Source: an uncultured Planctomycetota bacterium (GTDB lineage: Bacteria; Planctomycetota; PLA2; JAEUHO01). From it: 64,000 bases of DNA. The position numbers and the translations under genes are program-made. The stretch spans positions 64,001-128,000 of the forward strand of contig CAVVXN010000003.1 of NCBI GenBank assembly GCA_963752285.1. The letters run 5' to 3'. The notes beneath the pieces were generated by a model. It had not been told where the DNA came from and did no database searches. It worked only from the letters and a program-made list of their open reading frames with translations. Positions 9,334 through 23,130 of the stretch are shown piece by piece. Position 1 is the first letter of the stretch; every line of letters starts with the position of its first letter.

Positions 9334-11859
9334 GTGCGCGTGCGGCCCGTCCCCGTGCTGCTCCTCCTCTCGGGCGTCCTCGTCGGGTGGCTCCTCGTCA
9401 CCGAGGCGCTCGACGTGTTCCCGGGCGGCGCGGTCGCCCGACCCGTCGCGGAGCGCGCGGGCCACGCGCCGTACGACGACGCGCTCGCCGCGGACCTGGA
9501 GCGGCGTGCGCGTCTGCGGGGGCTCCCCGGCATCGAGCGCGTCGAGCGCGGGACCGGGCGACTCGTCGGCACCGTCGTGCGCATCGTGAACGGAGAGGGG
9601 GAACGTCCGGTCGCGGGCGCGGCCGTCGAGGTCCTCGGCAGCGCGGCGGGCGACCCGATCGCCCTCTCGCTCCGCACCGACGACGAGGGGCGCTTCGCCG
9701 CCGACCACATCCTGGCGGCCCCGGGCTACGCCGTGGTCGTTCGGCATTCCCCGTGGCGGGAGGTCGTGCTCCGCGGGCTGGGCGTCTCGCGCGACCGCAC
9801 GACCGACGTGGGCCGGATCCGGCTCGGCGCCGCCGTGCGCCTCCGCGGCGAGGTCGTGGACGCCGCGGGCCGGCCGGTCTCGCGCGCGAAGGTCCAGGTC
9901 CTCCCGGACCGGTCCCGTTCGGACCGCATCGACCTGCTCCGCGGGCTTCGCGAGCTCGACCAGATGGCGGAGCCGCTCGGCGAGGCCGCGACGGCGCGCG
10001 ACGGGAGCTTCGTCGTCGCCGACGTGCTGCCGGGCCGCTACGTCGTGCGCGTCTCCGCGCCGGGCTTCGCCACGGCCTTCCGACCCGGCGTCTGGATCAC
10101 GCCCGACGAGGTCGCCCCGTGCCTTTGCGTCGTGCTCGATCCCGGCGCCGGATGGACGGGGCGTGTGACGGACGCCGACGACCGGCCCGTCGCGGGCGCG
10201 CGGGTCGTCGCCGTGGCCGTCGCGGGCAAGCGCGCGGGCGGCATGGAACGCCTCGAGACCCGGTCGGACGAGGACGGGACGTACCGCCTCGACTCGTTGA
10301 TCCCCGGGGTCACGTACTTCGTCGAGGCGTGGTCGGCGGGCTTCGCGCCCTCCGGACGGCTGGCGCCCGCGAGCGGCGACCCGCACCTGGACTTCGTGCT
10401 CGGCGCGAGCGGGCGCGTCGAGGGCATGGTGACCGACGCGACGACGAACGCGCCCATCTGCGACGCGGAGGTGGCGCTGCTCGCCGGCGCGGGCGACGCG
10501 ATCTCGCCCCTCACGTCCGTGACGGACACGGCGGGCCGGTACGTCTTCGCGTCCGTCGAGCCGGGGATCGTCCTCTGGTTCGCCGTGAAGGCGCCGGGAC
10601 GTCCCGCATGGTCGTTTCGGGCGGGAACGGAGCACGCGTACCGCGTCGCCGCGGGCCAGACGACGCTGATCGACGCCCCGCTCGACGGGGGCGTCGTCGC
10701 GGAGGGCCGTGTGGTCGATCGTCGGGGCCGACCTGTTCCCTGGGCGACGGTGGCCCTCGCGGACCCGAAGCGCCGGGGCGAGGGCGAGGCGACGTCCCTC
10801 TCGGACGGGGACGGCGCGTGGCGCGTGGGAGGCCTGCGCGAGACGACGTACGAGGTCCACGTGGAGGCCGAGGGATTCGCGCCGCTCGTGTCGGACGCGG
10901 ACTCGGTGCTCGAGGTGAAGGGCCCGGGACCGGTGCGTCGCGATCTCGTGCTCGACGCCGGCGGCGTCCTCGAGGGCACGGTCACCGACCCGGACGGCGC
11001 GGTCGTGGCCGGCGCGCGGATCGAGGCCGTAGGCGTCGGGACGGCCGCCCGGCGCGTGCGCGACCTCGTGGGGGTCTCGGGCGTCGCCGGGGCGTGGCGG
11101 ATTGCGGGCGTTCCACCGAACGTCGAGATCCGTCTGGAGGCTCGTCACGACCTCTGGGCGCCCGCGCGGTCCGCGCCGATCCGGCTCACCCCCGGGGCCT
11201 CGCTCCGCGTGGACCTCGCCCTCGGCGAGGGCGCGCGGATCGAGGGGCGCGTGGTGGAGGCGGGGGGACACGCCGTCGCCGGCGCGCGCGTCCGGTGGGG
11301 GCGCGTCGATCCGTCCGAGTCGTCGCGGCTCCGCGACGCGTTCCGCGCCGACTCGCTCCTGACGGCGCGAACGGTCGAGACCGACCGCGAGGGGCGATTC
11401 ACGGTCCCGAGGCTCGAGCCGGGGACGTTCCTCCTGAAGGTCGAGAAGGACGGGTTCGCTCCGGACTACCGCCCCGACCTCGAGGTCGGGGGTGAGGGGG
11501 AGACGAAGGTCGAGATCGCGCTCGTGCGGTCGAGCACGGTGTCGGGGCGCGTGCGCGAGCGGGGCACGGGCCTTCCGGTCCGCGGCGCGTGGGTCTACGC
11601 CCGGGAGGCCGACGCGCCGGCCGGCGCGGAGGAGCCCGAGGGCGCGCACGTGCGCGCCCTCTCGTCGGTCGCGACGCGGGAGGACGGCACGTACGTGCTC
11701 ACGGGCCTGCCTCCCGGGCGGTACGAGGTGGTGCTGTGGTTCGCCGCGGGCTACGTGGCCGCGCTCGAGGCGCCGGACGACGAGAGCCTCCGTCGCCGCG
11801 ACGTGGAGCCGGGGCAGACCGGCATCGACTTCGCGCCGGTGCCCGCGTCGATGCGCTGA
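9334..11859 (+). CDS. paralogous carboxypeptidase-regulatory-like repeat protein
   Basis: Coding part of ORF 8614-11859 begins at a hydrophobic N-terminus (VRVRPVPVLLLL); same repeat motif as the upstream gene. Start codon approximate. Confidence 0.78.
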   Translation: MRVRPVPVLLLLSGVLVGWLLVTEALDVFPGGAVARPVAERAGHAPYDDALAADLERRARLRGLPGIERVERGTGRLVGTVVRIVNGEGERPVAGAAVEVLGSAAGDPIALSLRTDDEGRFAADHILAAPGYAVVVRHSPWREVVLRGLGVSRDRTTDVGRIRLGAAVRLRGEVVDAAGRPVSRAKVQVLPDRSRSDRIDLLRGLRELDQMAEPLGEAATARDGSFVVADVLPGRYVVRVSAPGFATAFRPGVWITPDEVAPCLCVVLDPGAGWTGRVTDADDRPVAGARVVAVAVAGKRAGGMERLETRSDEDGTYRLDSLIPGVTYFVEAWSAGFAPSGRLAPASGDPHLDFVLGASGRVEGMVTDATTNAPICDAEVALLAGAGDAISPLTSVTDTAGRYVFASVEPGIVLWFAVKAPGRPAWSFRAGTEHAYRVAAGQTTLIDAPLDGGVVAEGRVVDRRGRPVPWATVALADPKRRGEGEATSLSDGDGAWRVGGLRETTYEVHVEAEGFAPLVSDADSVLEVKGPGPVRRDLVLDAGGVLEGTVTDPDGAVVAGARIEAVGVGTAARRVRDLVGVSGVAGAWRIAGVPPNVEIRLEARHDLWAPARSAPIRLTPGASLRVDLALGEGARIEGRVVEAGGHAVAGARVRWGRVDPSESSRLRDAFRADSLLTARTVETDREGRFTVPRLEPGTFLLKVEKDGFAPDYRPDLEVGGEGETKVEIALVRSSTVSGRVRERGTGLPVRGAWVYAREADAPAGAEEPEGAHVRALSSVATREDGTYVLTGLPPGRYEVVLWFAAGYVAALEAPDDESLRRRDVEPGQTGIDFAPVPASMR

Positions 11860-11881
11860 CGGGCTCCCCTCGCAGGCGGCG

Positions 11882-13345
11882 TCACTGCGCGAGCGAGCGG
11901 CGGGCGTAGGCGGGGTCCGACGTGACGTCGCGGGCCCCCGCGTCCCGCAACACCGCCGGGAGCTCGGGCGCGCCGTGCGCGGGGCGCCCGACATCCGCGA
12001 GCCAGAGGTCGCGATCGAGTCGCTCGTCGATCCGCCACGTGGCGCCCTCGAGCTCGACGTGGCGACGGCGGTAGCGGAGCCGCCGTCCCTCGGTGAAGGG
12101 CCAGAGCGCCTCGAAGAGCGCCTCCGGCATCTCGTCTTCCGCCTCGGCGGTCCCCTCGGGCGACTCGCGCACCCGCGCCGAGCGCGTGACGCCGTCGGAG
12201 CGCACGCGCCGGACGAGCTCCGGCGCCGTGTCGCCCGGCAGGTATCCCTCCTCGACCTCCTCCGCCCGCGCGGGCGGCAGCCGACCGGGCGCGGACGCGA
12301 GGACGTAGCGACGACGGCTCGCGACGCGGGCCGCCTCGAGGAGCGCCCGCTCGGCGTCGGCGACGACCGCGCCGAGCCGCTCCGTGCCCGCGTCGCCCGC
12401 CGGGTCCCCGAGGCGCGCGAAGAGCGACTCGAGGCGCGCGCGGTTCCGGCGCGCGAGGGCGAGGATGCCGGCTCTCTCGGAGCGGCGCATCTCGCGACGC
12501 GCGGCGTCCTCCTCGCCGCGCACGAGCAGGTCGTGCGCACGGCGCGTGCGACCGACGACCGCCTCCTCGAGGGCGGCCCCGAGTCGCTGGGCGAGCACGT
12601 GGGCGTCGTTCAGCTCGCCCAAGAGGTCCTGGAGCGCCTTCATGTGCGCTACGAGTCGTCCGACCGCGGGCAGCCGGCCGTCGAGCGGCTCGACGAGGTA
12701 GCGCAGCCGCTTCGCGCGGATGCGCGCGGTGTGCGCGGCCGCGCGGTCCTCGACGTCGCGCACCGCGCCGAGGGCCGCCCGGAGCTCCTCCAGGTGGTCG
12801 TGCACCGCGCGGGCCATCGCCTCGCCCCAGGGCGTCTCGGCGTCCGACGCCGTCCCCAAGAGGCGGACCGGCCTCGAGACCGAGGCGAGGCGCGGGGCGA
12901 GGTCGTCACGGACGCGCGCGTACGCCTCCGCCAGGCCCTCCGAGATCGAGCGCATCGCGCTCTCGCGTTCTTCGTCGAGCCGGGAGGCGACCCAGTCGAG
13001 GGCGCGGCGGTGGGCCGGGGCGACCTCGGGTCGCTGGCCCTTCACCCAGGCGGCGGCCACCTCCGCGTCTCGTCCCTGGCCCGTGCGCGTCTGGACGTCG
13101 CGGAGCGCTCGGCGGTCCCGCTTCCGGACCGCGCGGCCGAGGGCGTCGCGCCACGCGCGCGCCGTGCTCCTGAGTCGCCGGATCGCGACGCGGAAGTCGT
13201 GGAGCGCCTCGGCGTCGTGCGGGTCGGAAAGGCGGAGGAGCGCCGCGTCGGCCGCGTCGAGGTGCGCGAGCGCGACGAGTCGGGCGGCCTCGGACGCGGG
13301 TCGCCGCGCGACGTCGTCGGGTAGCAGGCTGCTCGCTCGCGCCAT
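11882..13345 (-). CDS. CHAD-domain protein with degenerate C-terminal CYTH-like domain
   Basis: CHAD motifs 'EALHDFRVAIRRLRS', 'HTARIRAKRLRY' and 'LQDLLGELND'; C-terminal 'EEGYL...FEALWPFTEGRRLRYRR...WRID...DVTSDPAY' resembles CYTH. Confidence 0.8.
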   Translation of the reverse strand: MARASSLLPDDVARRPASEAARLVALAHLDAADAALLRLSDPHDAEALHDFRVAIRRLRSTARAWRDALGRAVRKRDRRALRDVQTRTGQGRDAEVAAAWVKGQRPEVAPAHRRALDWVASRLDEERESAMRSISEGLAEAYARVRDDLAPRLASVSRPVRLLGTASDAETPWGEAMARAVHDHLEELRAALGAVRDVEDRAAAHTARIRAKRLRYLVEPLDGRLPAVGRLVAHMKALQDLLGELNDAHVLAQRLGAALEEAVVGRTRRAHDLLVRGEEDAARREMRRSERAGILALARRNRARLESLFARLGDPAGDAGTERLGAVVADAERALLEAARVASRRRYVLASAPGRLPPARAEEVEEGYLPGDTAPELVRRVRSDGVTRSARVRESPEGTAEAEDEMPEALFEALWPFTEGRRLRYRRRHVELEGATWRIDERLDRDLWLADVGRPAHGAPELPAVLRDAGARDVTSDPAYARRSLAQ

Positions 13346-13439
13346 CTCCAGAGAGGGTAGCCCGCTCGCGCCGCCGGGCGGAGGCGGGAACGCCGTCTCT
13401 TTACGCAGGCGCCTCCACCACCCCGCGCGCGTCGCCGCG

Positions 13440-14672
13440 TCAGCGCGAAGGCCGCGGGGCCTCGGCCTGCCCCGCGATCTCGGGCGGACCGAACAGGACC
13501 GCGATCACGTGGTCGGGCAGCACGTCCGGCAGGAGGACGACGCCCCGACCGGTCTCCTGGTCGAGGGCGACCGACGCGCGGCAGGCCACCACCTGCCACT
13601 CCGGCCGGTCGAGCTCCACGGGCTCCACGTCCGGCGCGGGACGCACCTTCACCGTGGACATCGGGTCCGACACGTCCGTGCGCGTCGCGCCGACCGTGAT
13701 CGTGGCGCGACCGTCCGGGCCGCGCGCCATGCTCGCCTCGACCGCGAGGCCGCGGGGGAGCGTCCCCTGCTCGACGGCCCAGGCGCCGCCGGCGGTCCGG
13801 ACGACCTCGCGTCGCCAGGGCACGCGTTCCGGCTCCACGACGGCCGTCGGCGTCGTGGAGAGCGTCACGGCCGTATCGGCGATGGGTCGCGTGTCGGGGA
13901 GCCCCTGGAGCGCGCCGGCGAGCCCGACGTCCACCCGCGTCGAGGGCGCGTCGCGACCTGGGGGGCCGGGCGAGAGTCGGAGCGCGATCCTCGTCTCGTC
14001 GTCCGCCCCGCTCGCGAGGAACCGGTCGAGCTCCGCGCGCGAGAGGGACAGCACCGTGACGCGGGCGCGCAGGGTGGGGGCCGCCTCCGCGGACGTGCGG
14101 GCGTCGGACGCGGCCTCGGACTTCGGCGACGCGCCCGCGACCGTGTCCGGCCGCGGCGCGCCGGGGGCGGCGGGCACGGGTCCCGGGGCGGGCGGTCCCT
14201 TCGGCTCGGACGGCGACCCCGACGCGGGGGGCTTCTCCTCTGCCCGACGCGCCGCCCACTCCTCGGGCGCGATCTCCTCCAGCAGCCGCTCGGCGCGCTC
14301 GCTCACGGCCGGGTCCGAGCTGGCCCGATCCTGGATGAGCAGCTGGACCAGGCGGCGACGGAGCTCGTCGGCGCGGCCCGACGATTCCCCGGCGGCCGCG
14401 CGCGCCTCGGACAGGACGAGCGCCTCCGACTCCGTCACGCGGCGAAGCAGCTCGGCGACGTCGCCGCCGGCGGCGATCCCGTCGAGGAGCAGCGCGCGAC
14501 CCTCGGCGCGGACGCGTTCGTCCGGGTCCGTGAGCAGGCGCGCGACGCGCTCGGGATCGGAGGGCGCTGCCTCTCCCGCCGCGGCCCGCCGGAGGGGGCA
14601 CGCGAGCAGGAGCGCGAGCAGGACCCAGCGCAGGGCTGCGCGAGAGCGGCGCGTGCCGAGGTCCGACGTCAC
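13440..14672 (-). CDS. exported hypothetical protein (helical repeat, Pro-rich linker, beta-rich C-terminus)
   Basis: GTG overlaps the upstream gene's stop (GTGA); signal-like 'WVLLALLLACP'; HEAT-like 'LLTDPDERVRAEG'. Confidence 0.6.
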   Translation of the reverse strand: MTSDLGTRRSRAALRWVLLALLLACPLRRAAAGEAAPSDPERVARLLTDPDERVRAEGRALLLDGIAAGGDVAELLRRVTESEALVLSEARAAAGESSGRADELRRRLVQLLIQDRASSDPAVSERAERLLEEIAPEEWAARRAEEKPPASGSPSEPKGPPAPGPVPAAPGAPRPDTVAGASPKSEAASDARTSAEAAPTLRARVTVLSLSRAELDRFLASGADDETRIALRLSPGPPGRDAPSTRVDVGLAGALQGLPDTRPIADTAVTLSTTPTAVVEPERVPWRREVVRTAGGAWAVEQGTLPRGLAVEASMARGPDGRATITVGATRTDVSDPMSTVKVRPAPDVEPVELDRPEWQVVACRASVALDQETGRGVVLLPDVLPDHVIAVLFGPPEIAGQAEAPRPSR

Positions 14673-16531
14673 TTGATCTCGTGGAGGACGGCCTTCGCCC
14701 ACGCCGCCTCGAGCTCGTCGAAGTCCACGCCCTCGAACGCGGCCTTGACGGCACGATCGAGCGCGTCGGCGCCGGTCCGCCCGTACACCGGGGGCGGGAT
14801 CCAGCCTTCGGGCTCGCCGCCGTCGGGGCCGCCCGAGTCGCCGCCGTCGTCGTCGCCGCCGGGCTTCTTCGGGGACCCGCCCTCGTCGCCCGGCTTCTCT
14901 CCCGAGGACCCGCCCTCGTCGCCGCCGCCCGGCTTCGCGCCCGGCGCGTCGCCGCCGCCGTCCCAGGGCTCCTCCCCCGGGCCCTTCGGCTTCTCGCCGC
15001 CCGGCGGGGTGGGGGCCGCGGGCCCGGCGTCGGACGGCGTCGTCTCACGCCGGGTCGCCGCCACGCTGGCCTTCAGCGTGTCGAAGTACGTGTCGAGGAT
15101 CTTGCCCCACTTCTCCCGGTACTCGCGGTTCTTCGGCACGATCTCGCGGAGGAAGTAGATGAGGCTCCAGCCCTCGGCGTACGAGACGTCGGGGTAGGCG
15201 TAGTACTGGCCCTGCGTGAACCGGACGAAGTCCCTGAGCGGCGTGTAGCCCCCGTCGTTGGCCCACTGCTCGTGCGACTTCCCGTCGTCGCCCTGCACCG
15301 TGGCCTTCGCGCGCGGACCGTGCTGGACCGCGGCGCGGATGATGCCCATGCGCCAGCGGAAGGGCTCGAGCTTGAACTTCTTCCCCTTCAGCTGGGCGCC
15401 CGCGTAGTAGTCGCCGTGCCCCTCGTTGAACCACGAGTGCGGCGCGACGTCGCCGACGCTGTAGTAGATGTACTGGTGGAACGCCTCGTGGTAGAGGACC
15501 GCGACCGTGTCGTCGTCGATCGCCTTCGACGGGCTCGCGTCGTAGAAGACGAGCTCCTCCGCCTGGCTGTTCCAGTACCCGGCGGATCCGCCCGGACCGC
15601 CGTACGCGAAGTACTCCTTCCGGTCGCCGCACACGCGGACGATCGAGACCGCGGTGATCGGGTGGGCCGGCGGGAACTGCTTCTCGTAGATCTGCTCCCG
15701 GATCAGCTCGATGCGGCGGGCGATCTCCTCGGCGAGCTGGTTGTTCCGCTCGTGCTTCGTGTTGTAGATCACCACGTACTGCTTCTTCGGGCTGACGATG
15801 ACCTTCCACCCCTGGATCAGGCTTCGCTCGATCTCGCGGCGGCGCTCCGGGGTGATGGCCACGCCGTCCAGCACGTCGAGCGTCTCGACGTCCTTCGCCT
15901 TCTCGTCGTGGAACTCGAACGAGCGGCCGAGGACCACGAGCCCGCGCTCGAACGACTTCCTCCGCGTGGCCGGGCACCGGAAGAAGATGCCGTACTCGAG
16001 GTCGTCCTTCACGAAGTCGATCAGGGAGACGTAGATCTTGTAGTCGCCGTAGTCGCCGCCGTAATCGACCTCGAGCGACCACATCTTCCCCTTCACGTCG
16101 TCCTTCGACTCGATCTCGTCGAACTTCGAGCGGTCGGGTTTGAACCCGTCGGGCAGCCTCATCTGGCCGATCGTCGCGTCCCACGCGCACTTCGGCGCTT
16201 CCAACGCCGCGAGGCGCGCCTTGATCTCGGGAGGCAGCCCCTCGGGCAGGCCCGGCGTGACGACCGGCCCGTCCCCGCCCTCCTTGAGGTTCAAGCGCAC
16301 CACGGTGAGCGTCGGGGCCAGGTCGCCGCGGTCCGTTCCCTCGACGAACTTCGCGACGTCGATCTTCTCCCCGTTCTCGATCGGGACCTGGCTCCACTTG
16401 TCGAACATCTTGAACGAGAACTTGTAGACCCGGTCCCGGTAGCGCTGTCGGGGCACGTCCGAGGCCGCGGCGGGGAGCACGGACGCGAGGAGCCAGAGCA
16501 GCGGGAGGAGCAGGGACAGGCGGCGACGCAT
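14669..16531 (-). CDS. secreted gluzincin-type (HEXXH) metallopeptidase-like protein, DUF1570-like
   Basis: Signal peptide MRRRLSLLL...AAAS; 'LYHEAFHQY' followed by 'WFNEG'; 'YAEGWSLIYFL'; G/P/D/E-rich insertion near the C-terminus. Confidence 0.78.
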   Translation of the reverse strand: MRRRLSLLLPLLWLLASVLPAAASDVPRQRYRDRVYKFSFKMFDKWSQVPIENGEKIDVAKFVEGTDRGDLAPTLTVVRLNLKEGGDGPVVTPGLPEGLPPEIKARLAALEAPKCAWDATIGQMRLPDGFKPDRSKFDEIESKDDVKGKMWSLEVDYGGDYGDYKIYVSLIDFVKDDLEYGIFFRCPATRRKSFERGLVVLGRSFEFHDEKAKDVETLDVLDGVAITPERRREIERSLIQGWKVIVSPKKQYVVIYNTKHERNNQLAEEIARRIELIREQIYEKQFPPAHPITAVSIVRVCGDRKEYFAYGGPGGSAGYWNSQAEELVFYDASPSKAIDDDTVAVLYHEAFHQYIYYSVGDVAPHSWFNEGHGDYYAGAQLKGKKFKLEPFRWRMGIIRAAVQHGPRAKATVQGDDGKSHEQWANDGGYTPLRDFVRFTQGQYYAYPDVSYAEGWSLIYFLREIVPKNREYREKWGKILDTYFDTLKASVAATRRETTPSDAGPAAPTPPGGEKPKGPGEEPWDGGGDAPGAKPGGGDEGGSSGEKPGDEGGSPKKPGGDDDGGDSGGPDGGEPEGWIPPPVYGRTGADALDRAVKAAFEGVDFDELEAAWAKAVLHEIK

Positions 16532-16650
16532 GGGTCTCCCTCGACGGTTGGGAGCAGGCTTCGGGCGCGGGGCCCGCCTCGTCTCCCTTTCGACGCGAAC
16601 GTACCCGGCGCCGTTCCGATCTTCGTCCCCGCCCGGGGTTTCGCCAGTTC

Positions 16651-20357
<3,707 letters not shown>

Positions 20358-20583
20358 CCTCGGAGAGGCCGTTTCCTCCGCCCGGGGGGGGATCGGAAGC
20401 CCGGGTTCCGCGACCTTCGTTCAGGAACCATTCAGACGTGTCCCCCCCCGGTGGTCGCCGCGAGGGGGACACGCAAGAATCCCGCCGGAGGGTCAATGTC
20501 GATCGGTGCCGGGCCGATGCAGGAGATCGTCCCGGCGGAGTAGACGAGCCCGACGGAGGGATCCCGAGGGCAGGGCAGGTCGT

Positions 20584-21864
20584 ATGGCTCACATCTTGAT
20601 CGTCGATGACGAACCGGACATCCGCGGGATCCTCGCGCGGATGCTCGAGCGGCTCGGTCACGAGATCGACGTGGCCGTGAACGGCGAGGACGCGCTCTGG
20701 CGGATCGAGCAACGCGAGTACGACCTGATCGTGACGGACATCCGGATGCCCCGGATGGACGGCATGGGGCTGCTCCGGTCGATCCAGCCCCGCGTCGCCT
20801 CGCGCACGCCGTGCATGATCGTCACCGCCTTCGAGGACCCCCAGTACGCGATCGAAGCCACGCGGCTCGGCGTCTGCAACTTCCTGGTGAAGCCCTTCGA
20901 CCTGGAGCAGATCAGCCAGGCCGTCGCCCGCGCGCTCGAGATCCGCGAGGCTTGGACGTACCGGCGCCGGTACGAGGCGCAGCTCGAGTCCGAGCTTCGG
21001 GAGATCCTGAACCGGTTCCTCGCGCAGTTCGTGGACCGGCTCGAGAGCGCCACGGAGGCGCGCGACCACTGCCATCGCGTCTCGGAGTGGGCGGTGCTCG
21101 TGGCCCGGCAGATGGACTCGTTCGACGAGCGCGGGCTCCCGGACCTCGAGATGGGCGCGCTCCTCCACGACATCGGGAAGATCAAGATCCCCGCGGCGAT
21201 CCTCCTGAAGCAGGGCCCCCTCTCCCCCGACGAGTGGGTCGTGATGAGGCGGCATCCGGAGTACGGCGCCGAGATGGTGCAGAACATCCCGCGGATCGCG
21301 AATGCGGCCGTGGTGATCCAGAACCACCACGAGCGGTTCGACGGCACCGGATACCCGAACCGGCTCCAGGGGGCCGACATCCCGCTCCCCGCGCGCATCT
21401 TCTCGGTCGTGGACGCCTTCGACTGCATGCTCGAGAAGCGCTGCTACAAGGAACCGCGCCTCCCCGCGGACGCGCTCGAGGAGCTGCGCCGTTGCTCGGG
21501 CCTCCAGTTCGACCCCGACGTCGTCGCGGCCTTCGAGTCGGTGTATCCCGAGATCGAGGAGCGGCTTCGGAGCAACGGCGGCCAGGTCCCCACGAACGGC
21601 GACGTGTGGCGGAACCTCAAGGTCTTCGCGGACCAGGTGACCGAGCGCATCTCGGCGGAGGTCGCGCTCGAGACGCGGCGCGCCGTCGCCGGCGACGGGC
21701 ACCGGTCCCCGGCGTCCGCCTGCCGCCGCGAGCCGGCGACGACGAAGGCCGCCGAGGCGGTCGTCGCGTTGGTCCCGCGCACCTCGCGTCCTGCCGGGCG
21801 CCCGCACCTGGCCTTCGAGCTGCGGCGGCCCGTCGAGCCCCGCCCCGCCTCCACGGAGCGCTGA
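20584..21864 (+). CDS. response regulator with HD-GYP c-di-GMP phosphodiesterase domain (RpfG-like)
   Basis: REC domain (ILIVDDE, DIRMPRMDG, KPF) plus HDIGK, HHERFDGTGYP and VDAFD. Confidence 0.92.
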   Translation: MAHILIVDDEPDIRGILARMLERLGHEIDVAVNGEDALWRIEQREYDLIVTDIRMPRMDGMGLLRSIQPRVASRTPCMIVTAFEDPQYAIEATRLGVCNFLVKPFDLEQISQAVARALEIREAWTYRRRYEAQLESELREILNRFLAQFVDRLESATEARDHCHRVSEWAVLVARQMDSFDERGLPDLEMGALLHDIGKIKIPAAILLKQGPLSPDEWVVMRRHPEYGAEMVQNIPRIANAAVVIQNHHERFDGTGYPNRLQGADIPLPARIFSVVDAFDCMLEKRCYKEPRLPADALEELRRCSGLQFDPDVVAAFESVYPEIEERLRSNGGQVPTNGDVWRNLKVFADQVTERISAEVALETRRAVAGDGHRSPASACRREPATTKAAEAVVALVPRTSRPAGRPHLAFELRRPVEPRPASTER

Positions 21865-21923
21865 CCGGGACGCCCGGCGCGCCGCGCGCGGTCCGGCCGC
21901 CACGGCGACGCCCTCCGGCACCG

Positions 21924-22682
21924 CTACCGCGCCATCTCCTCGATGCGCCGGGCCTGGGGCCCGGGGTCCACGGCGAGACGGAGGTGGAGCCGGAGCGGTC
22001 CGTCCCCCTCGGCGGGCCCGATCGCCGCGAGCCGGACGGGGCCCTCCCAGAGGCGGCGCCGACCCTTCATCACGACCGCCTGGAGGGTCTTCCCCGCGAG
22101 GTCCTGCGCCAGGCGCCGCGGGGCGTGGGTCGGTCCCGGCTCGCTCAGGACGAGGGACCGGCCCTTCAGCGCGATCACGTGGGCGGCGAGACGAGGGCCG
22201 ATCAGGTCCTTCGACCCGTCGTACACGAGCGCGAAGAGCCGTCGGGCGGACGGGCGGTCTCCCGACGCCCCGGCGAGGTCGGCCTCGCGGCTCACCCCCA
22301 CGCCGAGCAGGACGGCCTCCACGTCGGAGAGCGGGACCCGGAAGCGGCACCCCATTCCGAGCAGGCCGTTCTCGTGCGGTACGATCCGGACGATGTCGGC
22401 CGCGACGTGCACGTCCTCGGGCGAGAAGTGGAGGACGAGCCCGTCGGGGAACGCCCGCTCGACGAGGGCCAGGCTCGCCTCGCCCTCGCGACCGGAGAGG
22501 TAGAAGGCCTCGTCCAGGACCTCGACGTGCGCGCCGCCGGCCGAGAGGTCGTGGAGCTGCGCCACGACGCGGCCCGTCGCGCCGCAAAGCTCCACGGGTC
22601 GCGGGCACGGCACACGGTCGTGCCGCCGCTTCCCCGAGAAGTGGGCGGCGAGGGGATCCTGCTCGGGCAGAGGCGCGGCCAT
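21924..22682 (-). CDS. PilZ-domain protein
   Basis: RxxxR (RRHDR) and DxSxxG (DLSAGG) c-di-GMP-binding motifs; 'GMGCRF'. Confidence 0.75.
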   Translation of the reverse strand: MAAPLPEQDPLAAHFSGKRRHDRVPCPRPVELCGATGRVVAQLHDLSAGGAHVEVLDEAFYLSGREGEASLALVERAFPDGLVLHFSPEDVHVAADIVRIVPHENGLLGMGCRFRVPLSDVEAVLLGVGVSREADLAGASGDRPSARRLFALVYDGSKDLIGPRLAAHVIALKGRSLVLSEPGPTHAPRRLAQDLAGKTLQAVVMKGRRRLWEGPVRLAAIGPAEGDGPLRLHLRLAVDPGPQARRIEEMAR

Positions 22683-23130
22683 CTCGTCTCTTTATCGACC
22701 ATGAATCCCGGCGGATGGACACCCTACGGTCCGCGCTCCGTGGGGGCGACGGGCGTTCCGGTTCGGGCTTTCGTAGCGACCGCGACCCCGGATCGGGTGG
22801 GACGCGGTCGCGCCCGGCCGCCGCGCGGAGCCCGCGAGGCCGATCCGGCCGCGCTTCCCGATCGCGAAACGGATCCGTTCCCGGAAGGACTCGGGTTACG
22901 GGCCGAGCCCGAAGCGCGTCGCCCGGGCCGCGCGACCGAGGACGCCGCGAGAACCCGCCGCACGCGATCGGCGAGGAGCGCGAGAGGGTGCTCGACGAAC
23001 ATCGAGGGGAACGCGAGCACGACGGCGGCTTCCGGGGCGGCCGTGCCGCCGGGATCGCCCGCCCAACGTGCGTGCGCACGTCGCGCACGGGGACGCGCGC
23101 CACGGCCATCCCTCCGCCGGGGCGGAGCGA

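Noticed and set aside
22724..23002. Possible small minus-strand ORF (MFVEHPLALLADRVRR...)
   Set aside because: No RBS and a low-complexity S/R/G-rich body; insufficient support.
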